Of a DNA stretch of 64,000 nucleotides, positions 1-12,360 are shown piece by piece. Each line of letters opens with the position of its first letter. Position 1 is the first letter of the stretch. Source of the DNA: Chiloscyllium plagiosum (lineage: Eukaryota); contig NC_057718.1 of assembly GCF_004010195.1 (NCBI RefSeq), positions 104,100,342 to 104,164,341 of the forward strand, written 5' to 3'. The notes under the pieces were generated by a model. That model saw only the letters and a list, made by a program, of their open reading frames with translations. It was not told the DNA's origin and searched no databases. The position numbers and the translations under genes were made by a program.

Positions 1-57
1 ACAGTGAGGACCAAGGGCCTGCCAGGAAGGTACATTTAAAATTATACCAAATTACTT

Positions 58-432
58 GAATACAGGAGTTGCAGCTGTAGAGGACATTGGTTGGGCCACT
101 TTTGGAATATTACGTGCAATTCTGGTCTCCTTCCTATCGGAAGGATGTTGTGAAACTTGAGGAGAAAAATATGAAAGAGACCTAAGGGGCAACTTTTTCA
201 CACAGAGGGTGGTACGTGTATGGAATGAGCTGCCAGAGGGTGTGGCGGAGGCTGGTCCAATTGCAACATTTAAGAGGCATTTGGATGGGTATATTAATAG
301 GAAGGGTTTGGAGAGATATGGGCCGGGTGTTGGCAGGTGGGACTAGATTGGGATGGGATATCTGGTCGACATGGACGGGTTGGATGAAGGGTCTGTTTGC
401 GTGCTGAACATCTCTTTGACTCTGTGACTCTA
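58..432 (+). mobile_element. CR1 (HER1-like) LINE, 3' end fragment
   Basis: Decayed ORF2 C-terminal motifs (LEYYVQFWSP; FFTQRVVRVWNELP), CR1 3'UTR and GACTCT-type tail; same family as 33669-34153 and 51130-52089. Confidence 0.9.
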
Positions 433-469
433 TCAGACCATGCTGTATTAAGACTCTATGCCTTTCTGA

Positions 470-1670
470 CCTCGTGTCTAGGCTGAGCAGGAGTGGACAC
501 GGGACTGCTGACTAAGTGAAGTAAGATATTTGAGTGGTTGCGTTCCCCAAAACACTACTTAGGTAGTGTCTCCCACCCATCCGCCTCCCCCAACCAAAAA
601 TAAAGATTCTGTGTGCCAGACTGGTAAGGCAACTAGTTTTATTTATTCTTTATTTTTCTGCAGTTTCTTTGGGAATTTAGAATAGTGGGAATGGAGGTTA
701 GGGCAGTTGAATGTTCCTCCTGCAGAATGTGGGAGGTAAGAGTTACCACTAGTATCCCTGCTGACTACATCTGTGGGAAGCGCACCCAACTCCAGCTCCT
801 CGAAAACTGGAACTGGAGCTAGAGCTGGATGAACTTTGGGAGGCAGAGGAGGTTATTGAGAGGAGTTACAGGGAGGTAGTCACACCTTGGGTTCAAGAAA
901 AACACAGATGGGTCACAGTCAGGGGATGGAAAGGGAACTGGCAGACGGTGCAGGGATCCCCTGTGGCCATTCCCCTCAACCACAGGGGGACAGATAGAAG
1001 GTTCTGTGGGAACAAGACAGCATCATGGTTGGCATGTTGCCTCCCTGGTGCCAGGGTCCGTGGTGTCGCAGATTGTGTTTTCGGGATCCTTGAGAGAGAG
1101 GAGGAACAGCCCTAAGTCGTGGTCCACATTGGCACTTCAACTTTCCAAATATTGATTGGAAATACTATAGTTTACTTTAGATGGGTCAGTTTTTGTCCAA
1201 TGTATGCTGGATGGTTTCCTGACACAGTATGTAGACAGGCCAACAAGAGGTGAGGCCATACTGGGAATGAACCTGGCCAGGTGTTAGATTTGGAGGTAGG
1301 TGAGCACTTTGATGATAGTGACCTCAATTCGTTTATGTTTACTTTAATGATGGAAAGGGACAGGTACATACTGCAAGGCAATACTTATAGCTGGGAGAAA
1401 GGCAATTATGATGCGATTAGGCAAGATTTAGGATGCATAGGATGGGGAAGGAAACTGCAGGGGATGGGCACAATTAAAATGTGGAGCTAATTCAAGGACC
1501 AGTGACTGTGTGTCCTTGATAAGTATATACCTGTCAGGCAGGGAGGAAGTGGTCGAGTGAGGGAGCCATGGTGGTACTCAAGAAGTTGAATCTCTTGTCA
1601 AATGGAGAAGAAGGCTTATGTAAAGGTGAGATGTGAAGGCTCAGTTAGGGCGTTTGAGAGTTACAAGGTA
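470..1670 (+). mobile_element. CR1 LINE 5' part: 5'UTR, decayed ORF1 (zinc finger + SGNH esterase) and start of ORF2
   Basis: ATG at 691 gives MEVRAVECSSCRMWEV...YICGK; then CCLPGARV and VVVHIGT (1116-1136); then endonuclease-end motif GEHFDDSD and KGNYDAIRQDL; many stops and deletions. Confidence 0.85.
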
Positions 1671-1999
1671 GGGAGGGAACACTGGGGGTCCATATCCTGG
1701 ACCCAAGCCCGGGGCCTTAGACTTCCTTTACATGTTCCCAGTGGGTCGAATTGGATTGCTCTTCAAAAGAGGTGTTGCAGACTAAATGGGGTGAATGGCC
1801 TCCTTCATTTCTATAGTGGTCTAAGGTTCTATACCTAAGGCCTGTGGGGTTAATCCACTAAACGCTGTCTGTGTGCCGATTCCAAGATACCCTCCCCCCA
1901 CTGTCAGACACACATGCCCACCTCCTCCAATACACCCTAAACACCGTCACCAGTCCTGGCCTCTTACCCACCAGCTATTCTACTTCTCTGGCATCCCAA

Positions 2000-2525
2000 C
2001 TCCCTGACCCGCTGTGACCCTAACCCCTGATCCGCTTTGACCCTAACCCCCCTGACCAGCTGTGACCCTGACCTCTGACCAGTTGTAACCCTTGCCCCCT
2101 GACCCCCTGTGACCCTGACCCCTGACCAGCTGTGACCCTGACCTCTGACCAGTTGTAACCCTTGCCCCCAATCCTCTGACCAGCTGTAACCCTTACCCCT
2201 GACCTGCTGTGACCCTAACCAGCTGTGGCCCTGACTCCCTTGACCTGCTGTGACCCTAACCCCTGACCCGCTGTGACCCTAACCCCTGATCCACTATGAC
2301 CCTAACCCCCCCTGACCAGCTGTGACTCTAACCCCTGACCCGCTATGAGCCTAACTCCCCTGACCAACTGTGACACTGACCCCCTGTGACCCTGACCCCT
2401 GACCCGATGTGACCCTAACCCTCTGACCAGCTGTAACTCTTACCCCCTGACCTGCTGTGACCCTAACCCCTGACCCGCTGTGACAGACCCCTGACCAGCT
2501 GTGACCCTGACCCCACCCTTACCCT
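2000..2525. repeat. Telomere-like ~22-bp minisatellite (TGACCCTAACCCCTGACCCGCTG variants)
   Basis: About 20 imperfect tandem units containing CCCTAA and CCCTGA hexamers. Confidence 0.9.
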
Positions 2526-3256
2526 TTGACCTTCCTCTTTCCTATCAGACGGTTGTGTTATGTTGCTGGTACAGCCCCCCCACCTCCACCCCTGTCTGCT
2601 GGGGAATGGGTTGTGTTATTTAACCCCTCACTATTGCATTAAGAGGGAACTGTTTGATTTCAGCAATGCTCCACCGTTCTGGAGGGGCCTGGACCAAAAT
2701 TCCCAGCTGGGAATGTGGGGATCAGTCCTAACAGAGAGAAAGATTCTGAGTGTGTTTGTCAGTCCAGGCAGTATCTGGGCATTACCTCCTCAGATACAAT
2801 GACCCTTCTGCTGGGCAGGGCCTACTGAGTTGTGACACATCACTGAGCAAACCGAAACTCAGAGTCAATTTGTCAGCAGATTGTTTTGAAGAAAGTGGAG
2901 TCGGGTATTGAGTTTGCGAATTTCATGAATGTCGGTTTCCTAGTTGATGACGAGCAGTGTTGTGAGGCCTGACACATTGCAGCCAATCTTGTAGGAGTAA
3001 CTAATCCAATTCCTATTAAGATGGGTCTCATCATATTACAGTGTCAAACCCTAATGGCTTGCACAGACTAATGGCTGCACAGATAAACAAAATTCTCTCT
3101 ACACTGCCCATCTGTACAGCCAGAGTCCTGTTCCTGATACACATAATGAACGTCTGTAAGTGTCTTCTTTCATTGATTTTGCACAAGATTAGGGCTGTGA
3201 GATTTTAAAAATAAGGATGCCTTCTTCATTAACTCTGCCCTTGCCCTTGTGCAAGA

Positions 3257-3361
3257 AACGTCGATTCTCCTGTTCCTTGGATGCTGCCTGACCTGCTGCG
3301 CTTTTCCAGCAACACATTTTCAGCTCTGATCTCCAGCATCTGCAGTCCTCACTTTCTCCTA
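3257..3361 (+). mobile_element. Penelope-like element terminal fragment (family A)
   Basis: Nearly identical to 32438-32540 and to the terminus after the PLE RT (36810-36875); GCAAGA repeated on both flanks (3251-3256, 3362-3367). Confidence 0.85.
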
Positions 3362-3527
3362 GCAAGATATATATACCCTTGTCTTAGAGTGTCATCGAAG
3401 AATGACAAGAAGTTGTATTTACAAAGGATCTTGTGAAGAGGTGACAGAGAATAGGAAGGATGTCGGAGCTGGAGGAGGATAGAGAGATAGAGACTGGGTG
3501 TGGGGGGGGGGGGGTGCTGATGAATAA

Positions 3528-3690
3528 GGGGTGTAGGGGACTGGGGGATATTACAGAGATGTGGAGGGGTGTAGGGGGCTGGAGGATATTACAGAGATGT
3601 GGAGGGGTGTAGGGAGGTGGAGGATATTATAAAGATGTGGAGGGGTGTAGGGGGATGGAGGATATTACAGAGGTAGGGAGGGTTGTGGAG
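3528..3690. repeat. ~39-bp G-rich minisatellite (GGGGTGTAGGGGGCTGGAGGATATTACAGAGATGTGGA), about 4 copies
   Basis: Tandem units directly visible. Confidence 0.85.
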
Positions 3691-4351
3691 GATGAGGAAA
3701 ATACAGTTGATATTTCTTAAATAAATGGCATTTAACTAGTTACTGTTTCTAATTTACTGCTGCTGTTGTCATTCTTCTATTGAACCAATTCATAAAGCAG
3801 AATGCAAGGCAACGGGATCACGGTGAATCATGTCCAGGTTACTATCAAGTTATAATCAGCAGACTGACTCTTCATCATCCATTTATTGTTCAATCTGCCT
3901 TTGACCTCAGTCTCACTAAAGATTTGTTATTTTAGCAAATACTTTCCAAAGACCTTAAGAAGGAAAGGAAGTGAAAATGACCAGCCAGCTTCCTCTGAAG
4001 AATGAAGTAGCAGATAAGGAGAGTGTGTGGCTAGAGACAGTTCCTCTAGTTACACGCTGTCACTCACTGGGAAACAAAATGGTAGACAGCACAACTTCCT
4101 GGAGAAGGACAGATCAAGAATTTGAAGAGTAATCAATTTTTAAAATAATGCAAGGAGGTTGATTTTCAAATTCAAATTTCTCATGGAAAGTAACTCTGAT
4201 ATTTCTCATTGTGGGAGAACCGAGATGACAGAGCTGGGGGGAGAAAGCTTTTCTCACTGAGGCACCTTTGGGACTCTATTCCTCAAAACGCAGTGGATGA
4301 AGTGACCTTGAATACTTTTAAGGCAGAGTTGGATGGATGTTTAATAAACAA

Positions 4352-4531
4352 GAGGGTGAAAGGTTATTAGGGATAGGCAAGAATGTGGAGGGTGAAAGGT
4401 TATTAGGGATAGGCAAGAATGTGGAGGGTGAAAGGTTATTAGGGATAGGTAAGAATGTGGAGGGTGAAAGGTTATTAGGGATAGGCAAGAATGTGGAGGG
4501 TGAAAGGTTATTAGGGATAGGCAAGAATGTG
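4352..4531 (+). repeat. 36-bp minisatellite x5 inside a decayed CR1 3' end (about 4085-4620)
   Basis: GAGGGTGAAAGGTTATTAGGGATAGGCAAGAATGTG five times with one substitution; flanks are CR1 tail sequence. Confidence 0.95.
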
Positions 4532-4721
4532 GAGGAATCAGATCCGCCTTGATTGTGGTGAATGGGGGACAGGCCCAAGGACTGAGTGGCTTTACTCCTG
4601 CTCATAATTCATTTGTTCACGTTACAGTCATCTCCATCGGATTGAAATGAAAGAAAATAATACTACTGTTGTCTGTTGGTGTCAAAGTAGAGTCAATTTG
4701 TCTGTGATGTTAATTGCAATG

Positions 4722-6608
4722 AAGATTTCAACGCAGTACAGGCCCTTTGGCCCTCGATGTTGCACCAACCTGTGGAACCAATCTGAAGCCCATCTATCCT
4801 ACACTATTCCATTTTCAACCATATGTCTATCCAATGATCATTTACATACCCTTAAGGTTTACGAGTCTACTACAGTGCGTTCCACAGCCCTGCTACTCTC
4901 TGAGTAAAGAAACTACTGACATCTGTCCTATATCTATCACCCCTCAATTTAAAGCTATGTCTCCTCATGCTAGCCATCACCATCCGAGGAAAAAGGCTCT
5001 CCCTGTCCACCCTATCTAACCCTCTGATTATATTATACATCTCAATTAAGTCACCTCTCAACCTTCTTCTCTCTTTAAGAAACAGCCTCAAGCCCCTCAG
5101 CCTTTCCTCGTAAGACTTTCCCTCCATACCAGCCAACATCTTACTAAATCTCCTCCGAACCCTTCCCAAAGCTTCCACATCCTTCCTATAATGTGGTGAC
5201 CAGAACTGTTCGCAATACTCTTAAGTGCAGCCGCACCAGAGTTTTGTACAGCTGCAACATGACTTCATGGTTCCGAAACTCAATCCCTCTACCAATAAAA
5301 GTTAATGCACCATATGCCTTCTTAACAACCCTATCAACTTGGGTGGCAACTTTCATGGATCTATGTACCTGGACACCAAGATCTCTCTGCTCATCTACAC
5401 TACCAAGAATCTTACCATTAGCCCATTTCACTTTATTGCTGTTGCTCCTTTCAAAGTGAATCACCTCACACTTTTCCACATTAAACACCATTTGCCACCT
5501 CTCAGCCCAGCTCTGCAGCTTACCTGTGTCCCTCTGTAACCTGCAACATCCTTCACAACTCCACCGATCTTAGTGTCACATGCAAATTTACTAACCCATC
5601 CTTCTACGGTCTCATCTAGGTCATTTATAAAATTGACAAACAGCAGTGGCCCCAAGACAGATCCTTGCGGTACATCACTAGTAACTGAACTCCAGAATGA
5701 ACATTTCCCACCAACCAACACCCTCTGTCTTCTTTCAGCTAGTCAATTTCTGATCCAAACCTCTAAATCACCCTCAATCTCATGCCTCCTTATTTTTTGC
5801 AATAGCCTAACGTGGAAAACCTTATCAGACGCCTTATGGAAATCCATATACACCACATCAACCACTTTACCCTCATCCATCTGTTTGGTCACCATCCCAA
5901 AGAACTCAATGAGGTTTGTGAGGCACAACCAACCCTTCAGAAAACCATATTGACTATCCCTAATCAACTTATTCCTCTGAAGAAGATTATAAATCCTATA
6001 TCTTTTAACCTTTTCCAACACTTTACCCACAACCAAAGTAAGGCTCACAGGTCAATAATTACCAGGGTTGTCTCTACTCCCCTTTTTGAACAAGGGAACA
6101 ACATTTGCTATCCTCCAGTCTTCTGGCACTATTCCCGTAGACAATGATGATATAAAGATCAAAGCCAAAGGCTCAGTATTCTCCTTGGCAATATTGTCTT
6201 TTTCCAGTGTGAATACTGATGAAAAATATTCATTTAGTTCCTCCAGTCTTCTGGCACTATTCCCGTAGACAATGATGACATAAAGATCAAAGCCAAAGGC
6301 TCAGCAATCTCCTTGGCAATATTGTCTTTTTCCAGTGTGAATACTGATGAAAAATATTCATTTAGTACTTCCCCAAGTCCTCAGACTCCATGCACAACTT
6401 TCCACTGTATCCTTGATTGGCCCTAATCTTTCTCTAGTCATTCTTTTATTCCTAAAAACGAACCTAGAGAAAGCCTTAAGATTTTCCTTGATCCTATCCG
6501 CCAATGACTTCTCATGTCCCCTCCTGGCTCTTCTTAGCTCTCTCTTTAGGTCTTTCCTGGGCCTGGCTAACTTGTATCTCTCAAGCGCCCTAAATGTGCC
6601 TTCATGTC
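4722..6608 (-). mobile_element. CR1 LINE ORF2 (reverse transcriptase) pseudogene with 3' end
   Basis: ORF fragments SQYGFLKG, VDVVYMDFHKA, VPQGSVLGPLLF, SKFACDTKIGG, FNVEKCEVIH, RRRLRGDLIE; internal 128-bp tandem duplication 6111-6238/6239-6366. Confidence 0.95.
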
Positions 6609-7070
6609 TCCAGTGCCCTCCCTCCAGCGCCCAATTAATGTGCGGTTTGGGGTGGCCCTTCCCTGTAAGAGACAATGCAGGTTTCTTGCCAATTCTGCAG
6701 CTGGCAGTCAGAATGCAATGCCCCAACAAGAACTCACCCAGGGGCTGAGCAAGGACACACACACACACAGTAGAAATCTGTTTCTGAAGGGGAGAGAGAG
6801 CAAGGGTCAGAAACAGTGAGGAGTCAGGGAAACATCTTTACTGGGCTTGGTTGAGGTGAGTAGCAGGGGTGCATTAATGAGAAGTGAGGTAACTGCAAGT
6901 CAGAGGGAAGAAGTGAAGAACACTATGAGAGGAAGTAAGCTGTGGGAAGAGGCTGGAACATAAACACCAGCATTGACTGGTCAAACAACGTCGCTTCCCC
7001 AGTGCTGTATATTCTGTGAAATACCATGAAAAACAATCAACCTAATGTTTCAATGCAGTGGAATCAGTCC

Positions 7071-7225
7071 AAAGATGTGCAGGTTAGGTGAATTGGCCAT
7101 GCTAAATTGCCCACAGTGTTAGGTGCATTAGTCAGAGGGAAATGGGTCTGGGTGGGTTACTCTTCAGAGGGTCGGTGTGGACTTGTTGGGCCAAAGGGCC
7201 TGTTTCCACACTGTAGGGAATCTGA
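7071..7225 (+). mobile_element. HE1-type V-SINE, 3' half
   Basis: Matches 3' half of 8589-8912. Confidence 0.85.
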
Positions 7226-7837
7226 TAAAAAATAAAAAACCTACTTGAACTTCAAGGATGTTTGGAAAATTGAAATGATTAGTCCGTAATGGTTGGAAAT
7301 ATGTTTGGGTGATATTAACTGCTTTATAATCTTATATAGTCACTAAGCTCTGTCTGAGAGCTGTCCACTATAAAGGTTAAAGCTGAAGAAGCGTTGCCAT
7401 TGTATTTTTGAGGAGCAAGAGGGTGAAAGGTTATCCAGGGTAAGCAAGAATGTGGAGGAGTCGGATCAGTCAGGATGGGCAGAGTGACCCAGAGGAGCTG
7501 TAACTTGTTTGCTCCTGTATTTGATTGTAAGCAGTTCTCCAAAAAGCAAATATCACAAACTTCACAATTTAAGAATTAATGTAGCCAATTAAGTGAAATT
7601 AACACCCAGAATGGGGAGGGATAGGTAACAGGACTAAATAGGGGCAATGTACCATTTGGGTAGTTAATGTAACAGCCTGATAATGATCAAACGATTCAAC
7701 AACATTGGTAAAACGTGGTGTTAGGATTTTTTCTCTGTAGAGCACTTTTTGAAACTCTAGCATCTCATGAAATACGTCTGCAGGTTTATATATTCACCAA
7801 TCCATTATTAAATTTGCTGAACTGTTAAACTCTGGGA

Positions 7838-7925
7838 ACAAAAACAGAAGTTGCTGAAAAAGCTCAGCAGGTATGGCAGCATCTGTGGAGAGAAATCAGA
7901 GTTAATATTTCAGGTCGAGTGACCG
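7838..7925 (-). mobile_element. Older PLE-type terminal repeat fragment (similar pieces at about 9525-9615, 9950-10037, 16740-16855, 26648-26735, 33535-33670, 34180-34285, 51043-51125, 52130-52205, 61670-61742)
   Basis: Shared core TTAACTCTG..TTTCTCTCCACAGATGCTGCCAGACCTGCTGAG, homologous to the family A terminus GATGCTGCCTGACCTGCTG. Confidence 0.65.
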
Positions 7926-8258
7926 TCGCACAGAATGAAACTATGGGGAGTGCAACATTGTGTCATCTCAGAGTTAGTAACAAATTATTACATTTTGTTG
8001 CATATGATGTATTAAGACTCAATTGGAAGTGTCTCTTGTCAGAGAGAATGCCAGAGTACAGTGGTCTCCATGCTTGGTTGATCTTCGAAACATGCGAGTA
8101 ATCTTTCTCATGCCTTTCCACATCTTTCCTGAATTCATACAGCAGCCCTCTCAAAGAGTTCCACAACACCTAGCTGACCTTTCCAAACACTTGGCATCAA
8201 AATACTGGCTTCCCCTACAGGCATCTCCCTTTAATAGATGATCTTTGCTTGTTGCTTG

Positions 8259-8570
8259 GAGCGGCATGGTGGCTCAGTGGTTAGCACTGCTGCCTCACAG
8301 CACCAGGGACCTGGGTTCGATTCCTGTCTGCCTGTGTGGAGTTTGCACGTTCTCCCTGTGTCTGTGTGGGCTTGCTCTGGTTTCCTTCCGCACTCCAAAA
8401 ATGTGCAGGTCAGGTGAATTGGCCATGCTAAATTGCCCACAGTGTTCTGTGTGTTAGTCAGGGGTTAAATATAGGGTAGGGGAATGAGTTTGGGTGGGTT
8501 TCTCTCAGGAGGGTCAGTGTGGACTTGTTGGGCTGAAGGGCCTGTTTCCACACTGTAGAGAATCTAATCT
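8259..8570 (+). mobile_element. HE1-type tRNA-derived V-SINE (older copy)
   Basis: A box GGTGGCTCAGTGG, B box GGTTCGATTCC, V domain TGTGGAGTTTGCACGTTCTCCC, CR1-like tail. Confidence 0.92.
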
Positions 8571-8588
8571 AAAAAAGAAACCCACCGT

Positions 8589-8912
8589 GGGCGGCACAGT
8601 GGCACAGTGGTTAGCACTGCTGCCTCACAGCGCCAGAGACCCGGGTTCAATTCCCGCCTCAGGCGACTGACTGTGTGGAGTTTGCACATTCTCCCCGTGT
8701 CTGCGTGGGTTTCCTCCGGGTGCTCCGGTTTCCTCCCACAGTCACAAAGATGTGCAGGTCAGGTGAATTGACCATGCTAAATTGCCCGTAATGTTAGGTA
8801 AGGGGTAAATGTAGGGGTATGGGTGGGTTTCGCTTCGGCGGGTCGGTGTGGACTTGTTGGGCCGAAGGGCCTGTTTCCACACTGTAATGTAATGTAATCT
8901 AATCTAATCTAA
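8589..8912 (+). mobile_element. HE1-type V-SINE (young, CpG-rich, (TAATC)n tail)
   Basis: Complete tRNA head, V domain, GGGCCGAAGGGCCTGTTTCC tail motif and microsatellite end. Confidence 0.95.
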
Positions 8913-9624
8913 TCTTCCTCATTGTAGGCATCAAGTGAACAGACCTACTACTAAATGTGGGGCATTGTTTCTGATGTTTTAATGTTTTAATTCACTCTGT
9001 TAGTCACCTCCACTCCTAACTGTGCCCAATGAGCTTTGCAAAACACTTGGTGCAAACTCTACTGCTGGTTTCCTAGTTTTCAAAATGTGACTTTATTTGA
9101 TTTGATTTATTGTTGTCACATGTGTCTGAGTACAGTGAAAAGTTTTGTTTCATGGGCAATGCAGGCAGATCATAACACACAAGGACATCCAGATTATTGG
9201 GTGTGGAGACAGAGTGAGGCACACAAGGTTACAGCTATACAGGAGATGCACAAAGCAAAATTGACATTAGATTTGAAATTTAATGTTGACCTTGCTTTCG
9301 GTTGCATTAACATATTCTGCCAGGACTTGCAGCATTAATGTACTGCTGTGACTTGGTGAACATGCTATTGCTGTGCTCTGTTCACTATGTGAAGGGACCT
9401 TGGAGCAAATTTGTGATGATGTCAGGAAACTGCACATCGTTGCATATAAATATCACAGAGTGAACTGTAGGTAACACAACAGCCCGATACCTGGTCACAT
9501 CACATCAATATAAAATCACTTTACTACAGATTCTGGAAATATGAAATAAATACAGAAAGTGCAGGAGAAACGAAGCAGATTTGATCACATCAGTGGAGAG
9601 AGAATTAGAGTTAATAGAATTAAT

Positions 9625-9895
9625 CTCAGAATAAGGGTTTGCACATTTAAGGCAGAGATGAGGAGGAATTTCTTCACTCAGAGGTGAGTGAGTCTCTAGA
9701 ATTCTTTAGTGCAAAGTGCTATGGAGGCTGGACCATTAAGTATATTCAAGGCAGAGTTAGACAGAATTTTCATCAGTAAGGGGGAATCAAGGGGAAAAAG
9801 CAGGAAAGTGGAGTTGATGATGATCAGATCAGCCAAGATCTTATAGAATGAAGGAGCAGAAACAATGGGCTGAATGGCCTACTTCTGCATCAAAT
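9625..9895 (+). mobile_element. CR1 3' end fragment
   Basis: EMRRNFFTQR motif and 3'UTR GAATGGCCTACTTCTGC. Confidence 0.8.
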
Positions 9896-10694
9896 CGTAT
9901 GCTGGTGTGGAGTTAACATTCTGGGATGATTTCATGACCTTGCATCAGAATGCATCATCAACCTAGAATATTAACTCTGTTTCTCTCTCTGCAGAAATTG
10001 CCTGACCTGCTGAGTATTTCCATCATTTTCTGCTTTGACAATGAGTTGTATCACTTGATCAGATGGAAACTCTGTTGCTGCATCCAACTTTCTGACTGCA
10101 ACATTAACCCTTCCTTGATGTCTAAACTTTGAAAAGTAGAACAACAGGCAGATTATCAGACCATGTTTCAACAAAGAAAATACAGGACAAACCTACAATT
10201 GAGAAAACAATTGTCAAAATAGCAGCTATTTCAAGTGAACATGTAATAGAGGCTAACTCCGAACACTGGCACAACAAGAAATACAACATTTTGCTAACTC
10301 AATAGTACTGAACTTCAGCACTTGCTCATACTAGGATCTTTATACGTGGGATTTGATCACAGTCGGAGAATCAATTCCACCTGAACTGTAGTCTTGTGAT
10401 ACGAGCTAAGCCTGGGAATAGATGGAGATGCTACCTGAAATCTCTTTATCTTGCCCTTAAGTTGCCAATGTCCAGTAAAGCCAGGGTGCTTGAGAAGGAC
10501 AAAGGTCAGATAGGAACTTTCCATAGTTGCTTGAAGGCTGCCATCATGAGGCAGAGGCAGAGGACAGAGAACCTGAACTTTAGTTAACTAAAAATAAACT
10601 GCAAACTGCATGTTTTCTGCAAAATGTAAGTTGGAGAAGTGACTGATATCTATCTCCAGGGATGTTCGATCCAGCGAGGGAAAACAAAACACAC

Positions 10695-11140
10695 AAATAA
10701 GACCAAAAGAAATAGGTACAGAAGTAGGCCATTCGGCCCTTCAACCCTGCTCCGCCATCCAATAGGATCATGGCTGATCGGGCGTTCCTCACATTCACCT
10801 TCCTCCCCTTTCACTTGATTCCCCGACTGATCAAGAATCTCTCTATCTCAGCCTTAATTATACACAAGGACTCTTCCCCCACAGCTCTCTCTGTGGCAAG
10901 GAGTTCCAAATACTTACAACCCCATGAGAAAAGAAATTCCTCATCATTACAGTCTGAAATTGTGAGACCTTTATTATGAGACTGTACCCACTGGTCCTGG
11001 AGTCTCTTGTGAGGGGAAACATCCTCTCAGTATTTACTCTGTCAAGCCCCTTAGGAATACTGTACGTTTCAATTAGATCACCTCTGATTCTTCTAAACTC
11101 CAGTGAGTAGAGTCCCAACCTGCTTAGCCTTTGACAGTAA
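10695..11140 (-). mobile_element. CR1 3' end fragment
   Basis: ORF RLGLYSLEFRRIRGDLIETY...RNFFSHGVVSIWNSLP and 3'UTR. Confidence 0.9.
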
Positions 11141-11799
11141 GAGCATTCACCAGTGGCTATGGAACATAAGCTCACTGGATGCTGCACTTAGGTTTAATAC
11201 ATCTCTATTTATAAATCCTCTTTGTTACAAACATTTCTCGATATATGTAATTATTGTTTCCTAAAAGCCCATTGAAATTTGCTGTACTTGCATGGTTTCA
11301 GTTTTTTCCCTTTTACTTTAACCTTTCCTGCCTCATGTTCTCATCCTTTACAAACCATTCCCTTTCGAGTTTTCCTATATATTATATAAAGCATTGCGAT
11401 TTGGGGGGAGGGGGGGAGCACGTTGCTCTGATCTCCTTTCAACTTACAGAAGAAAACATGAAATAAAAAGCATCAACGCACTCAGGCAAGGAAATAATAC
11501 TTAATTACACCACCAACTGCCCGAGTATTCCCCACGCCTTGTCAGTCATATTATCGAGCAAAACAGCAAGCTACAGCTCTATCACCCACAGCTACACTCT
11601 CAGTTACTCACTCACAAGAAATAGACTCATGTAATGCTAACTATTTACAGAAAGCCAAATAGTCACTGCATTATTCTAAAAGCATACAGTGCATAAAGAG
11701 AACAAATGCTGGAGGATTAACTATGTAGCAAAGTGCTGAAATTATTAAATGGCAAACACTTATATTTCTGCATCCATAGCCTACAGCCAAGAACGAAGT

Positions 11800-12360
11800 G
11801 GATTTTTTGTTGTTGATACATGGGTCGAGGATGTCGCTGTTTGCCATCCCTAACTGCTCTGGAGAAGGTGATGGATGAGCCACATTATCGAGTTAAACAG
11901 TCATACAACATGGAAACAGACCCTTCAGTTCAACCGGTTTATTCTGAACACAATCCCAACTAAACTAGTCCCACCTACTTGCACTTGACCCATATCCTTC
12001 CAACCATTTCTTATTCATGTAGTTAACCAAATGTCTTTTAAACATTGTAACTGTACCAACATCCACCACTTCATCTGGAAATTCATTCCACACACAAACT
12101 ATTTTCTTTCTAAAAAAGTTGAACTGTTGCAGTCTTTGGCATCTAGGGGCACACACAATGCCCTTTGGAGGGTGGGAGAGGAGGGCGTTCCAGGATTTTG
12201 ACCCAGCAACAGTGAAGGAACGGGTGATATATTTCCAACTCGGGATGGTGAGTGGCTTGGAGGGGAAGGGTTGGTGTTCCCATGTACCTGCTGCCCCTTG
12301 TCCTTCTAGATGGAAGTGATCATGGGTTTGAAAGGTGCTGTCTAAGGAGGCTTGATGAGT
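11800..12360 (-). mobile_element. Second LINE family 3' end, interrupted by a CR1 tail (about 11890-12120)
   Basis: Reverse complement matches 14760-15060; the inserted part encodes VCVWNEFPDEVV..FKRHL. Confidence 0.75.

Noticed and set aside
548..572. AAAC-ACTAC-TTAG-GTAGT-GTC hairpin resembling hammerhead stem III in the CR1 5'UTR
   Set aside because: No upstream CUGANGA or stem II, and GAAA is absent; treated as a simple hairpin
4352..4531. 36-bp direct repeats resembling a CRISPR array or a repeat protein (EGERLLGIGKNV)
   Set aside because: No spacers, eukaryotic context, and the unit derives from a CR1 tail; ORFs on both strands follow from a stop-free unit whose length is divisible by three
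8589..8660. tRNA gene
   Set aside because: It is the tRNA-derived head of a SINE, followed by V domain and LINE-like tail
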